Of a stretch of DNA of 64,000 nt, positions 46,307-56,195 are shown one piece after another (position 1 is the stretch's first letter; every line of letters begins with the position of its first letter). The stretch lies in IMG/VR virus record IMGVR_UViG_3300028920_000023; one strand, 5' to 3'. The DNA is from a virus (lineage: Duplodnaviria; Caudoviricetes). A program made the position numbers and the translations under genes. The notes below the pieces were generated by a model that saw nothing but the letters and a program-made list of their open reading frames with translations, made no database searches and had not been told where the DNA came from.

Positions 46307-49300
46307 GCTTCTATATATGGAAAAACAATCATCTCGAATTCATTGGAGAAGGTTCTAGCTTCTTCTAATAATTGTTCATATGCATCAGGACTAGACTCCC
46401 TCAAGGCATCAATAATTGTCCTAGAAACAACACCAGTCTGACTCCGCACTACCGAAGATGGTCTAGCAGTAAAATACGCATCCACATCCAAAGCAGCCAA
46501 CTTACTCAAAAGAATATCCTGTAAATCCGGATCGCTTATCATTCTAGTAGTCGTAGTCCCACTAAATCCAGCAAAATTCTTTCCATCTAAAGTGGGGAAA
46601 CCCCAAGCCGTAACCAAACCTACCTGATCTAGACTCTCCCTAATACATTCCGTATCTCTAGAGAAAGAAGCTTTACACTCGAACTCATCCGAAATAATAT
46701 TCCTACCATCATCACTAACGCTCCCACGCACAACCACATACTTCAATCCTTCTGACTCCGCTATAAAATAACACATGGAATTATTCTTAAAGAACTGATT
46801 CAAACTACGAATAAACGCCGGGCCAAGATCACAAGAGAAATCAGCCAACGGATTATAAGGATCTATCGGGGCCGAACCTATTGTATCATCACCAGTATCA
46901 ACTGGTATATTCGGATCTTCTGGTTCCTGCGTATTGAAACATTCAGATCTGAATATCCTAACAGTCAGTTTTCCATTTCTCTGATTGTATTTGCTTAAGT
47001 CTGTAGAACCATAATCGACCCATAACCTGATCTCACCACCCGCATGAGAGAAACCTATGGTAGATTTCTCATATACCGAGAAAGCTTCCTCGATAGTCTC
47101 AAATTGTCCTAGATCTACATTGGTTTTAGTTCCTATAGATGATAATGGTGTACCTGTCGGCAAATTCTGGAATCTATTATATTGCATATGGAAAAAGCCA
47201 GTATACCCATAAGGAATCAGATCCTCCTGGCCCAACCGGTAGGACCTATAGCCACAGCAACAATCAACAAGCTGAGCTACATAAGATCCAACTTCCAATT
47301 CTGCCCTAGCTTGTACTGTACCTCCGCCAGTCTGAAAACAATCCACCTCAATATCCATAACCCCATTTACACAATCTGGGGTATCATCGATACAAGACAC
47401 CTTGACAGATATATTGCCCGTATTAAGAGTTGGTACGGTCTGAATACCGTCAGTGAAGGCCTGCGAACTATCAACATCATCAAAGAATATAGCGACTTGT
47501 CCACCAACGGCATTGATCTGGAATTGCCTACCAATATAGGCTGCTCTAGCTTCATCATTAGTCTTGAAACCTTCAACAGGTAAAATAGGTTCTTCTCTAG
47601 CTTCCCAGTCATCATTTATAATATAATAATTTTTTGTATCATCATCCTTAAGGGTCTTAATAGCAACCCAAGAAGAACCAGCAAAACCCAACTGAGGCTC
47701 AACACCCCTATAGACGATAGTAACGACACCAGAATAAGGACGGAACGACCCACCAGCTTTCAGAAATAAGCTTGTTGTATCTAAAACGAAACCTGGCAAC
47801 TGGCCAGCAATAGCCTGTCTCTCTATTTCACCAAGATCATTCAGATACCCTTCGGCTTTACCCGACCTAGCATCGTACGTAAATGGATAAACATCTAGGA
47901 GATGCTGAGTTTCAATCTTGCTTGTACGCCATCTCTCTACGAACTCATCCTCGTTGCCAGCAACCGCAGCAGAATGCATAGCCTGGGTTATTATAAGCGC
48001 ACCACCACTGCCCGTATTATTTAGAGTAGCAAAATTATCGAATATACAACAAGCATCGGTAATCTCAATAAGATGCTTCCCAGAACCAAGCTCTAAAATA
48101 ATCGGCTGTAAAGGATCTGTAGAATCTATTTCAAAGGGATTAAGAACCTTGTTAGGATTATTAGGGTCTTTGGGGAACGGCGTAAACTGTAAAGTATTCT
48201 CCTCGCCAGTCACCTCAATCTCAGCAGCAGCACCAGGAGTACAGGGCTCAGCCTCGTCCGTAATATCCGTTACAGGAGGTTCCTCGGATTCTTGTGGGAT
48301 GAGTGTGATAACAATCTCACCCTCACGAGCCGAGGGAGGATCCAAAGACTCATTAAATGGATTAGAATTAAACAAACCAGAATACCAAGCCCTAACCTCG
48401 CCGCTCGTAGTGAAATCTAATGGATTCGTAGTTACGTCACCTTCGCCAATTATTCGCTCAGTCTGTTCATCGAGACCTATAAAATACTCCTCAGAATCCG
48501 CCGATGTCCTAAAGGCACTGGGTATTGAACTGACCTTCTTATCATTAAACTTACTAGGATCACTCTGATCAGAAAATTTGAAAGTAACCTCGCCAGAATA
48601 AGGCCGATTATCCAAAGCAGCCTTCTTCAGATCTGGGCCAAAATTACTCAGATCCCCAGAATCAACTTTATCCTCAAGTTCACCCCAAGCATACCTACTC
48701 AAAGCAATCTTATCATTAGGAGCCCGCAACAAAGGCTGCCTAGGAATCTCATAACAACAACAATTCGTATACGTAATCCGATAAGTACCAGCAGGAACCT
48801 CAATGTTAGCAGCATTCTCCTCAGAATCGTTATAACGACAATTAATAGTCAGAACATACTCTACAGGGGCTGTACCACCACTTCCCGTACCCCCGGTACC
48901 GCCCGTACCATCCTGCGGAATATCAGCCTGATTATCCTCTTCTGGACAATCCTTATCAACATTCGTCTCCACATTCTGCCGAGCATTCTGACCATCAATA
49001 CGAATACCAAGACCATCCCTAGCAGCATGAACATTAATATCCTCAATACGCCTACGCTCCCTAGCATTCTCCCTCTTGGACTCACAATTCTCAATAGCAC
49101 AACACAAAGACTGCTTCTGCTCATTATACACACGAATCAAAGTACCCAAATACTCATTAACAACAGCCTCCTTAGTCTCCTTCATCTGCAAAAGTAATTC
49201 CATAAACCTATTAAAAATACGATCCTCTATAACCGTCATATCAATATAAAACAGACGAGAAGAACAAAAAACCTGACTAATCCTAGTAGTAGTAATATCC

Positions 49301-50133
49301 CTAGTACAATTCCTAACCCCGCAAATCTCTTTCTCACACTCAGTTAAAATCTGTCTAGAAGCCGGAGTATCATCAATAGCAACAACCCATTTAGAAGACA
49401 AATTCTCAGACTCAACGAACTTCGGACAAAAATCAGGATCACCAAGATTACCACGAGTAGCAACTAAATAATTCTCAGACGGGCTAATCCTCTGAATACG
49501 AAGATCCACCACACCACGATTATCCTCAGCAGTCACAAAATCACGAGGCTCACGAGATAAGGAACCAGGGAAAGGCGCATTAACACCACTCTCCCCAATC
49601 TCACCCTTGGGACCACTCTCAATGCGATCTTCACCATCTTCGCCATCATCACCACGCTCACCCTGCGGACCAATAGACTTCCGATAAGTAAGCTGTCCGA
49701 GACCTTCCAATTGTTCAATCAAATCATCAACATTCACCCTAAAATCAATACCATAAGTATTCTCATGGATCTTCCAAACAGCCCTCCTCTCAACAGGAAA
49801 ACCTTGCTCATCCTTATCAACCAAAGTCCTCTCATACTGAATATCAAGATCCCCAGTGCTAGACCTAAACCCATAAATGCCACGCTCGAATTTGATCTTA
49901 CAATCATCTGTAGTTAGACTAGTCCTAGGAGGAGGTATCAACAAACCCTGTAATTTTTCGAAATCACCAGACGACATCAAACCGCTCTTAAGAGGAGTAG
50001 CCAACTCAAACTGCTTATCTAAGCCGGGAACGTGCACCCAAGACTTAGTCCTACCATCATACTGGTAATAATCACCTTGTGTTCTCTCAAATAACATCCC
50101 ATCACTAGGATTCTTTGGGAACGACACGCTCAT
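46303..50133 (-). CDS. large putative virion/tail structural protein with short collagen-like segment (1276 aa)
   Basis: GPQGERGDDGEDGED..GPKGEIGESG, coiled coil, repeated beta-rich modules containing a CC motif. Confidence 0.75.
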   Translation of the reverse strand: MSVSFPKNPSDGMLFERTQGDYYQYDGRTKSWVHVPGLDKQFELATPLKSGLMSSGDFEKLQGLLIPPPRTSLTTDDCKIKFERGIYGFRSSTGDLDIQYERTLVDKDEQGFPVERRAVWKIHENTYGIDFRVNVDDLIEQLEGLGQLTYRKSIGPQGERGDDGEDGEDRIESGPKGEIGESGVNAPFPGSLSREPRDFVTAEDNRGVVDLRIQRISPSENYLVATRGNLGDPDFCPKFVESENLSSKWVVAIDDTPASRQILTECEKEICGVRNCTRDITTTRISQVFCSSRLFYIDMTVIEDRIFNRFMELLLQMKETKEAVVNEYLGTLIRVYNEQKQSLCCAIENCESKRENARERRRIEDINVHAARDGLGIRIDGQNARQNVETNVDKDCPEEDNQADIPQDGTGGTGGTGSGGTAPVEYVLTINCRYNDSEENAANIEVPAGTYRITYTNCCCYEIPRQPLLRAPNDKIALSRYAWGELEDKVDSGDLSNFGPDLKKAALDNRPYSGEVTFKFSDQSDPSKFNDKKVSSIPSAFRTSADSEEYFIGLDEQTERIIGEGDVTTNPLDFTTSGEVRAWYSGLFNSNPFNESLDPPSAREGEIVITLIPQESEEPPVTDITDEAEPCTPGAAAEIEVTGEENTLQFTPFPKDPNNPNKVLNPFEIDSTDPLQPIILELGSGKHLIEITDACCIFDNFATLNNTGSGGALIITQAMHSAAVAGNEDEFVERWRTSKIETQHLLDVYPFTYDARSGKAEGYLNDLGEIERQAIAGQLPGFVLDTTSLFLKAGGSFRPYSGVVTIVYRGVEPQLGFAGSSWVAIKTLKDDDTKNYYIINDDWEAREEPILPVEGFKTNDEARAAYIGRQFQINAVGGQVAIFFDDVDSSQAFTDGIQTVPTLNTGNISVKVSCIDDTPDCVNGVMDIEVDCFQTGGGTVQARAELEVGSYVAQLVDCCCGYRSYRLGQEDLIPYGYTGFFHMQYNRFQNLPTGTPLSSIGTKTNVDLGQFETIEEAFSVYEKSTIGFSHAGGEIRLWVDYGSTDLSKYNQRNGKLTVRIFRSECFNTQEPEDPNIPVDTGDDTIGSAPIDPYNPLADFSCDLGPAFIRSLNQFFKNNSMCYFIAESEGLKYVVVRGSVSDDGRNIISDEFECKASFSRDTECIRESLDQVGLVTAWGFPTLDGKNFAGFSGTTTTRMISDPDLQDILLSKLAALDVDAYFTARPSSVVRSQTGVVSRTIIDALRESSPDAYEQLLEEARTFSNEFEMIVFPYIEA

Positions 50134-52649
50134 GCTTCGGCTCCTGTGATCTGGTCCACAGCCGGAGCAGTACCATCAACCTCCGGAACAGATTGCTCAG
50201 TAGGACAACTAATCCTCATCACCTTAATATTAATCTGACCATCCGCTACAGGAAAAGCATTCACCATAGGAATAAGAGGAGAAGGTCTATTCGCCTCACT
50301 AACAAAACCAAGACCAGCTATGTTTGTAGATATGGGTCTAGTACCCCCAGTCTTCTCAGGAGGCATAACAACATCACCCAAATAATTCACAATCGAATAA
50401 GCAGTCCTAATCCTAGCAAAAAAGAAACCGGGCTCAGAAGTAGTGAAATAAACCATCCTATTCTGAATAGGACCAGACAAATAAGCCTGCTCTACAGAAC
50501 TAGCATCATTCTTATCAGCATTATCATCAACACCATCAAAAGCCTTCCAAGTAATCTTACGCTCCTCCGCAGCAGCCTCGCTACTCGGAGTAGTACCACT
50601 AAAATCCGTAGTCGACAAAGGACGCTCAACAAAAGCATTCCCAGAAAACCTCAGAGGATCAAACTTATATCGCTCAAACAAAGAATCCGGCAAAAGATTC
50701 CTGTAACTAGCAGGAGCAAAACCAACCTGTAAACCCATAATACTCTGAGCAACAAGAGACCTAAACGGCACAACACTACCACCATACTGAGATTCACCAT
50801 TAATAATGTAATAAGGACCAGAATAAGCTATACCACCCTCATTGCCAACATAATACTGCTGAAAACCACCATTAATAAGCCTAGACTCATCTAGATCATT
50901 CGGAATAGACGGAGAACGTTGTTGACGAACAGCACCACCAGTATACAAGAAAGCGTACGTACCAGCCGGAAAACTAGTCTGGTTCGGACCTGACTTCAGT
51001 TGTGTCTTGTGATAAATCAACCCAGCACGGCTAATCGCAGAACGAAACTCCGAAGCCCACTCCGAAATAGCCTCCAACTGGGTATTACCACCACCGCCGC
51101 CAACACCAGATGGACAGCGAATCTCCTGATTTCGACGATCAACACAAATAGTTTCAGTCCTAATCTTACGATTACTCGTAAGAGAAGCAGTAGTTGGGAT
51201 ACGACCACCCTTCGGAACAAATCCCGAACCACCACCAATATTAATAGGACAACCAGCATCATCATCACAAACCCGAATGGTCCTAGTACTCACACCAGGA
51301 GGTAGAGAACCACCAGCACCACCACCGAAATCAGGAGGCCCAGGACTATCAAAAGAGAAAATAGGAGCAACATCAGCCTTCAGAACAGGAGTAGACAACA
51401 CCTGACAACTACCACCAGGACAGCCGGCAACAATAGCAACCGACTCACACTCAGGACGATCAGAAGGAACATCCACCACAGGAGGCTCAGAAGGCTGCCC
51501 TGGCAAAGTAGACTCACCACGGCAATCCGTAGGAGCCAAACAATACTCCAAATACGTAATATTCTCACATTCAGCTAACCTATCCCCAAGAACATCAAGC
51601 TGCTTCCTAGCCTCAGCATCCTTCTCAATCAAAAACTCACGAATCTGCTTATCATAACTCTCAGCAATCTCATCCAACTTATCCTTATAATACCCAGTAA
51701 TATCATTAACAAGATCACTTAATCTTCGCTGAAGAAGAATATACTTCCTAGGACCCTCTCTCTTATCCAAATTACTCGGATCATAATGTTCCGGATAATA
51801 GGCAATAACAGGATTCACCTCATCGAAACCAGGATCATCCTCATTACAAGGAGGGGCCAAAAGCTCATATTCAAAACAATCATCAACAGTAAAACTAACA
51901 TCCCTAGAAATCTGTTGAGCAATTAACTGCTGAGCAGCCGCATCCTCGTCATCAGGTAAATTCATACGAGCCTTAGTAACAAACAACTTACCAGCATCCT
52001 GATCCAACTCCAATTTCACAATAGCTGTATCGAAAATATCATCAACATCAACAACCCTAACACCAGACAAAGTATGATGCTCCAAAGCATCCTCGCCAGG
52101 ATCACCCTGCTCACCCTGCGGACCGTCACCATAACCATCCTCACCCGGATCGCCTTTCTCACCCTTTCTGCCAGGCAAACCAGGCCCACCGGGAACCTCC
52201 ACACAAAGAGTATTTAATAAACTTTCCTTAAAAGACAAATCAAACCCAGGGGGATCATCATCTGTCTCACAGAACGCCAACATATTCAGATCACTGCACT
52301 CTGTGCTTACCGGACGGCCATCAGAAAACACACACTTAATATCAAGACTATCACTACGGAGCGTAACATCACCAAACAACAAACCATCCGGGTTGCTCTG
52401 GCTCCGCAAAGACAGAAAGGGTCTGGTTATGATCGCATAGCCGCCAGCTTTATTTGGGATCTGGTCTAGAGCTGACTTCAATCCCCTATCAAGAAGACCA
52501 GTCGTTACCTGGTCTGCCAGAGGAATAGAGTCGATTCTTCCTGTCCTAACCCAGAATCCTGTTTCTGCGCTATAGACCCATTTGATTCTAAATGCATCTA
52601 TAAATTCCTGACCATCGAACATGCCAGGCGGTAGTGGACACTTATTCAT
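50130..52649 (-). CDS. putative virion structural protein with collagen-like segment (839 aa)
   Basis: GLPGRKGEKGDPGEDG...GPQGEQGDPGED; N-terminal architecture parallels 46303..50133; CAAAAATA at 52670-52677 upstream. Confidence 0.75.
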   Translation of the reverse strand: MNKCPLPPGMFDGQEFIDAFRIKWVYSAETGFWVRTGRIDSIPLADQVTTGLLDRGLKSALDQIPNKAGGYAIITRPFLSLRSQSNPDGLLFGDVTLRSDSLDIKCVFSDGRPVSTECSDLNMLAFCETDDDPPGFDLSFKESLLNTLCVEVPGGPGLPGRKGEKGDPGEDGYGDGPQGEQGDPGEDALEHHTLSGVRVVDVDDIFDTAIVKLELDQDAGKLFVTKARMNLPDDEDAAAQQLIAQQISRDVSFTVDDCFEYELLAPPCNEDDPGFDEVNPVIAYYPEHYDPSNLDKREGPRKYILLQRRLSDLVNDITGYYKDKLDEIAESYDKQIREFLIEKDAEARKQLDVLGDRLAECENITYLEYCLAPTDCRGESTLPGQPSEPPVVDVPSDRPECESVAIVAGCPGGSCQVLSTPVLKADVAPIFSFDSPGPPDFGGGAGGSLPPGVSTRTIRVCDDDAGCPINIGGGSGFVPKGGRIPTTASLTSNRKIRTETICVDRRNQEIRCPSGVGGGGGNTQLEAISEWASEFRSAISRAGLIYHKTQLKSGPNQTSFPAGTYAFLYTGGAVRQQRSPSIPNDLDESRLINGGFQQYYVGNEGGIAYSGPYYIINGESQYGGSVVPFRSLVAQSIMGLQVGFAPASYRNLLPDSLFERYKFDPLRFSGNAFVERPLSTTDFSGTTPSSEAAAEERKITWKAFDGVDDNADKNDASSVEQAYLSGPIQNRMVYFTTSEPGFFFARIRTAYSIVNYLGDVVMPPEKTGGTRPISTNIAGLGFVSEANRPSPLIPMVNAFPVADGQINIKVMRISCPTEQSVPEVDGTAPAVDQITGAEA

Positions 52650-52744
52650 GAAAATTCCCCACTTTATGGTATTTTTGATATTTTCTCTAACCTACCATTT
52701 TACGTAAAATATCTACGCGATACAATGATACAAAGGAGACAAAC

Positions 52745-53719
52745 ATGTACGAACCTTATTTCGGTGTAGCACAAAGCATGCGCCTAGAAGCCAAACTAAG
52801 CAGACAAAAAATGAAAAGAGACGAACTAGCAACAGCCCTAGATGGATTATTCATCACATCGTGCATGTCTAAACCAGGAATAATCTCAACAGCATCAATA
52901 ACAATAATATTAGAAAGCATACACTATCTACTAGACCACAGAACATACTACGTCAGCAGCAATCTAGCAAGAAAATTAGCTGAAACCGATGTAGAATTAG
53001 ATATAGAAGCATTTAAACAAATGCACCTACCAAGTAGAGTATTCGAAGTTTGCTTCAACGACCTAAAGATCAACGGACACAAAATACCATCAGCTCTCGT
53101 AACAGCCGGACTAGACGACACATATAGAAACATGATGAACGAATTCATAGAAAGAAACACCGCAATAATAAACGAAGAACTAAACAGAAGCCGCAAAGAA
53201 ATAGGAATGAAATCCGTACCATATACGCCACCGAAAATAACATCAGACAGATTCAAAATAGATTACTCACTAGGAACCGACGCCCTATACCATTGTGTAA
53301 TACCCCTCGATGATGACAATTTTACAGGTAAAAACATTACAGAAATCATAGAATCATTGGGAGTTATTTGCGACACAGCAAAACTGAGCCCAGAAGAAGT
53401 AGAAACACAGAAATACCTAGCTAGAATAATATTCGGTCTAATCTGCTATATAAACCTGCCAGAGCCCGATATGCAGAAACACAAAGACCACAGCAGAGCA
53501 GCTATCGGACCAAATAGACCACAAATCTTTATGCTAGGCAAAAAAGAAACAGAATGCTCATGGCATCTAAGAAAAGGACACTGGAGAATACTCAAACACG
53601 AAAGATATAAAAGAAATGAAGACGGAACAATCAAAACCATCTGGGTACGGCCCACAGAAGTCAACAAAGGACATGCCCCAGCAATGCCAGATAACAAAAT
53701 CGAGATACTCGATGGCTAA
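52745..53719 (+). CDS. AcrVA2-like family protein (C-terminal HxRxGHWR motif)
   Basis: WHLRKGHWR...G..KTIWVRPT.VN near the C-terminus, 324 aa. Confidence 0.5.
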   Translation: MYEPYFGVAQSMRLEAKLSRQKMKRDELATALDGLFITSCMSKPGIISTASITIILESIHYLLDHRTYYVSSNLARKLAETDVELDIEAFKQMHLPSRVFEVCFNDLKINGHKIPSALVTAGLDDTYRNMMNEFIERNTAIINEELNRSRKEIGMKSVPYTPPKITSDRFKIDYSLGTDALYHCVIPLDDDNFTGKNITEIIESLGVICDTAKLSPEEVETQKYLARIIFGLICYINLPEPDMQKHKDHSRAAIGPNRPQIFMLGKKETECSWHLRKGHWRILKHERYKRNEDGTIKTIWVRPTEVNKGHAPAMPDNKIEILDG

Positions 53720-53918
53720 AGTCCACGAAATAGAACAAAAACTAAAACGTGAAAGAAGAAATATCTGGAGCGGCTATCTCACATGTATAGAAATATCAAA
53801 ACTGATATGGAACGGATATAAATTAGTACTCCAATCCGACATGGGTTGGATAAGAGAATATAAAAAGAAAGGCAACATGAAACCCAGATGGGTATCCCTC
53901 ATAAAGGCCAAAAAATGA
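53712..53918 (+). CDS. hypothetical protein
   Basis: Overlap-coupled small ORF. Confidence 0.55.
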   Translation: MAKVHEIEQKLKRERRNIWSGYLTCIEISKLIWNGYKLVLQSDMGWIREYKKKGNMKPRWVSLIKAKK

Positions 53919-54091
53919 ACATAGACAAACTCATCAAACAAACACTCAAAGAAGAAATGATAAGATATAGAGACAAAATCCTGGTTATAGGACCCAAAGA
54001 CAAACAAGGAAACAAAACCCTATACCACAAAGACAAACCCGTAGGATATATGAGGCCAGACTACAGCATAGAGATCACAGAGGAAATATAA
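53915..54091 (+). CDS. hypothetical protein
   Basis: ATGA overlap with the upstream stop. Confidence 0.6.
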   Translation: MNIDKLIKQTLKEEMIRYRDKILVIGPKDKQGNKTLYHKDKPVGYMRPDYSIEITEEI

Positions 54092-54307
54092 ATGGGAAGA
54101 TGTGAATGCTGTAAAGAACAAACAGCAGAAATAATCAAAGTCGGAATAATGAGAATCTGTAAAGATTGCTTAGAATATTCCGGGGAAATAGCAAAACCAA
54201 TAGGACAAGCAGATGCCAACAAAAACCCTAAAATCAATGGCCAAGAAAAGCAACAAAAGCAGCAAAGACCTAGAACGATACTGGGGACAAGCCAAAAAAC
54301 AAGCTAA
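54092..54307 (+). CDS. small CxxC/CxxC hypothetical protein
   Basis: CECC...CKDC; overlaps the next ORF. Confidence 0.45.
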   Translation: MGRCECCKEQTAEIIKVGIMRICKDCLEYSGEIAKPIGQADANKNPKINGQEKQQKQQRPRTILGTSQKTS

Positions 54308-54641
54308 GAAAAAAGGCGTAAAAAACAAATACGCCTACATGATGGGAATCGTAAAGAAAAGAGCCGGACTAGGAGAAAACACAGAACCAGAAGGAGAACT
54401 AACAAAAGAAGAAGCATTCAATAAAATAATGACCGGGTTAGCCCAAGCTATAGGACAATGCATAGAAAGATTCGGACCCAAGCTAGATATCCAATTAGCC
54501 ATCAAACCCCAAATAGATAATCTACCACAACTATTATCATCAGATGTAGAAAGACTTAAAAACAAAATAGTCAGAGAATATATGCTGATGAACAAAATAA
54601 CGATTAACGAATCAATCCGGCCTTCCTCATACAGTCCTTAA
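54213..54641 (+). CDS. hypothetical protein, basic N-terminus (possible head-internal protein)
   Basis: LERYWGQAKK.A......YAY.MGIVK pattern. Confidence 0.65.
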   Translation: MPTKTLKSMAKKSNKSSKDLERYWGQAKKQAKKKGVKNKYAYMMGIVKKRAGLGENTEPEGELTKEEAFNKIMTGLAQAIGQCIERFGPKLDIQLAIKPQIDNLPQLLSSDVERLKNKIVREYMLMNKITINESIRPSSYSP

Positions 54642-54846
54642 TCTTACTAACCGCAGGAACATCTCCTGCGCCCGGTACAGATTTAAATTCGGGTTCTCTC
54701 TCCTCAAGAATAGCCAAAGCCATCTCTAAACCATTATAAAGACCATACGAGTAAACATCGCCACAATCACAGAACTTGCTAGTAGCATCCCTCAAAAACC
54801 TAATGCTTTCGGTCTTTGTCACGTCGTAAACCCCTAAACTCAGCAA
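54604..54846 (-). CDS. hypothetical protein
   Basis: YGLYNGLEMALA.LE.REPEF. Confidence 0.55.
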   Translation of the reverse strand: MLSLGVYDVTKTESIRFLRDATSKFCDCGDVYSYGLYNGLEMALAILEEREPEFKSVPGAGDVPAVSKIKDCMRKAGLIR

Positions 54847-55033
54847 TCAAACTAGACTGCTCCTGCATCTCATTCCACAGATTCACCACGGATCGTATCG
54901 CCTTATTCCTATTCCCGCAAATTGGTTCCTTGACTTCTTCACCACAATCAAAACACCTAACAGCAACATACTCGTCAGTCTCAACAGTCTCGACGCCAGT
55001 CTTACATTTAAAACACTCAAGAATCTTGCTCAT
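54800..55033 (-). CDS. Lar-like zinc-ribbon protein
   Basis: C..C...V.C..CG...A...WN pattern. Confidence 0.45.
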   Translation of the reverse strand: MSKILECFKCKTGVETVETDEYVAVRCFDCGEEVKEPICGNRNKAIRSVVNLWNEMQEQSSLIAEFRGLRRDKDRKH

Positions 55034-56195
55034 TATCCCACCTCTCATGATCAACAAACCTCATATCAACCCCAACATAAGCATCCTGATTAGAACCATC
55101 AGCATAAGCGCCATGGCCAAGCTCACCAGCGCCCCTATAATGACAATCCCTCATCATCTTAGGAACTACAACATCCAATCCCTTGCGTATAGCATTCACC
55201 GCACTATGAACAGCAACGCAAGCCGTCTTATCCCTTCTGCTCTCCGCAATCAATATCACAGCCTGGGCCATAATAATATCACACTCAGGCCTTCCGATTT
55301 CCTTGGCAGAAACATAAGCCGCATGCGCAACCGCAGTACAAATAGGATTAGAAAAAGCATCCTCAGCAGCAGAAACCATCAAGCGCCTAGCAATATACCT
55401 CGGATCCTCTCCGCTCTCCAACCATTTAGCCAACCAATAAATAGCAGAATCAGCATCACTAGCCTGGATACTCCCCTGGAAAGCAGAAGCCAAATCATAC
55501 TTCATATCCTTATTATGAATAACATACTTAAAAGGACATACGACCTTAGCAGTATCCAAATCAATATTATCACCAAGGCCCTCCGTGAAATTCGCAAGAG
55601 ACTCCAAAATTGTCAAGACCTTACGACCATCCCCACAAGCCATATGCACGATATGCAGGACAGCATCATCATCGAAAGACAAATCCCTCCCAGAAGACCT
55701 GATACTATCCAAACCAGAACTGAAAATCTCCAAAAGATCCCTAATAGACAAAGACTCAAACTCATAAACCGTACATCTAGAAACCAAAGCAGACTGAAGA
55801 TTCAAATAGGGATTCTCAGTAGTAGCACCAATCAATATCAGATGCCCATCCTCCACATAAGGAAGAAGAACATCTTGCTGATTCTTAGCCCAACGATGAA
55901 CCTCATCCACAAACAGAATGATCGTGCCATTCTTCTTGGCAGATTCCCCAACCTTACGTACAGCAGACACAGTAGCGCTAGTAGCATTCAGAGATACAAC
56001 CTCAATATCACTCATACTGCCTATGATATTAGCCAAGGTGGTCTTGCCGGTGCCAGCAGGCCCGTAGAAAAGCATCGAAGACAGATTATCTTCCTCAATA
56101 GCCTTCCTGAGGCGATTTATAATATGCTCCTGGCCGAAAAACTCATCAAGTTTCTTCGGTCTCATCATACTTGCTAATGGTCTTCTTACAGGCAT
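55017..56195 (-). CDS. rarA: replication-associated recombination ATPase RarA/MgsA
   Basis: PLA..MRP..LDE..GQEHI, GPAGTGKT, DEVHR, GATTENP, GD.R, MgsA C-terminal YIARRL...A.ED. Confidence 0.92.
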   Translation of the reverse strand: MPVRRPLASMMRPKKLDEFFGQEHIINRLRKAIEEDNLSSMLFYGPAGTGKTTLANIIGSMSDIEVVSLNATSATVSAVRKVGESAKKNGTIILFVDEVHRWAKNQQDVLLPYVEDGHLILIGATTENPYLNLQSALVSRCTVYEFESLSIRDLLEIFSSGLDSIRSSGRDLSFDDDAVLHIVHMACGDGRKVLTILESLANFTEGLGDNIDLDTAKVVCPFKYVIHNKDMKYDLASAFQGSIQASDADSAIYWLAKWLESGEDPRYIARRLMVSAAEDAFSNPICTAVAHAAYVSAKEIGRPECDIIMAQAVILIAESRRDKTACVAVHSAVNAIRKGLDVVVPKMMRDCHYRGAGELGHGAYADGSNQDAYVGVDMRFVDHERWDNEQDS

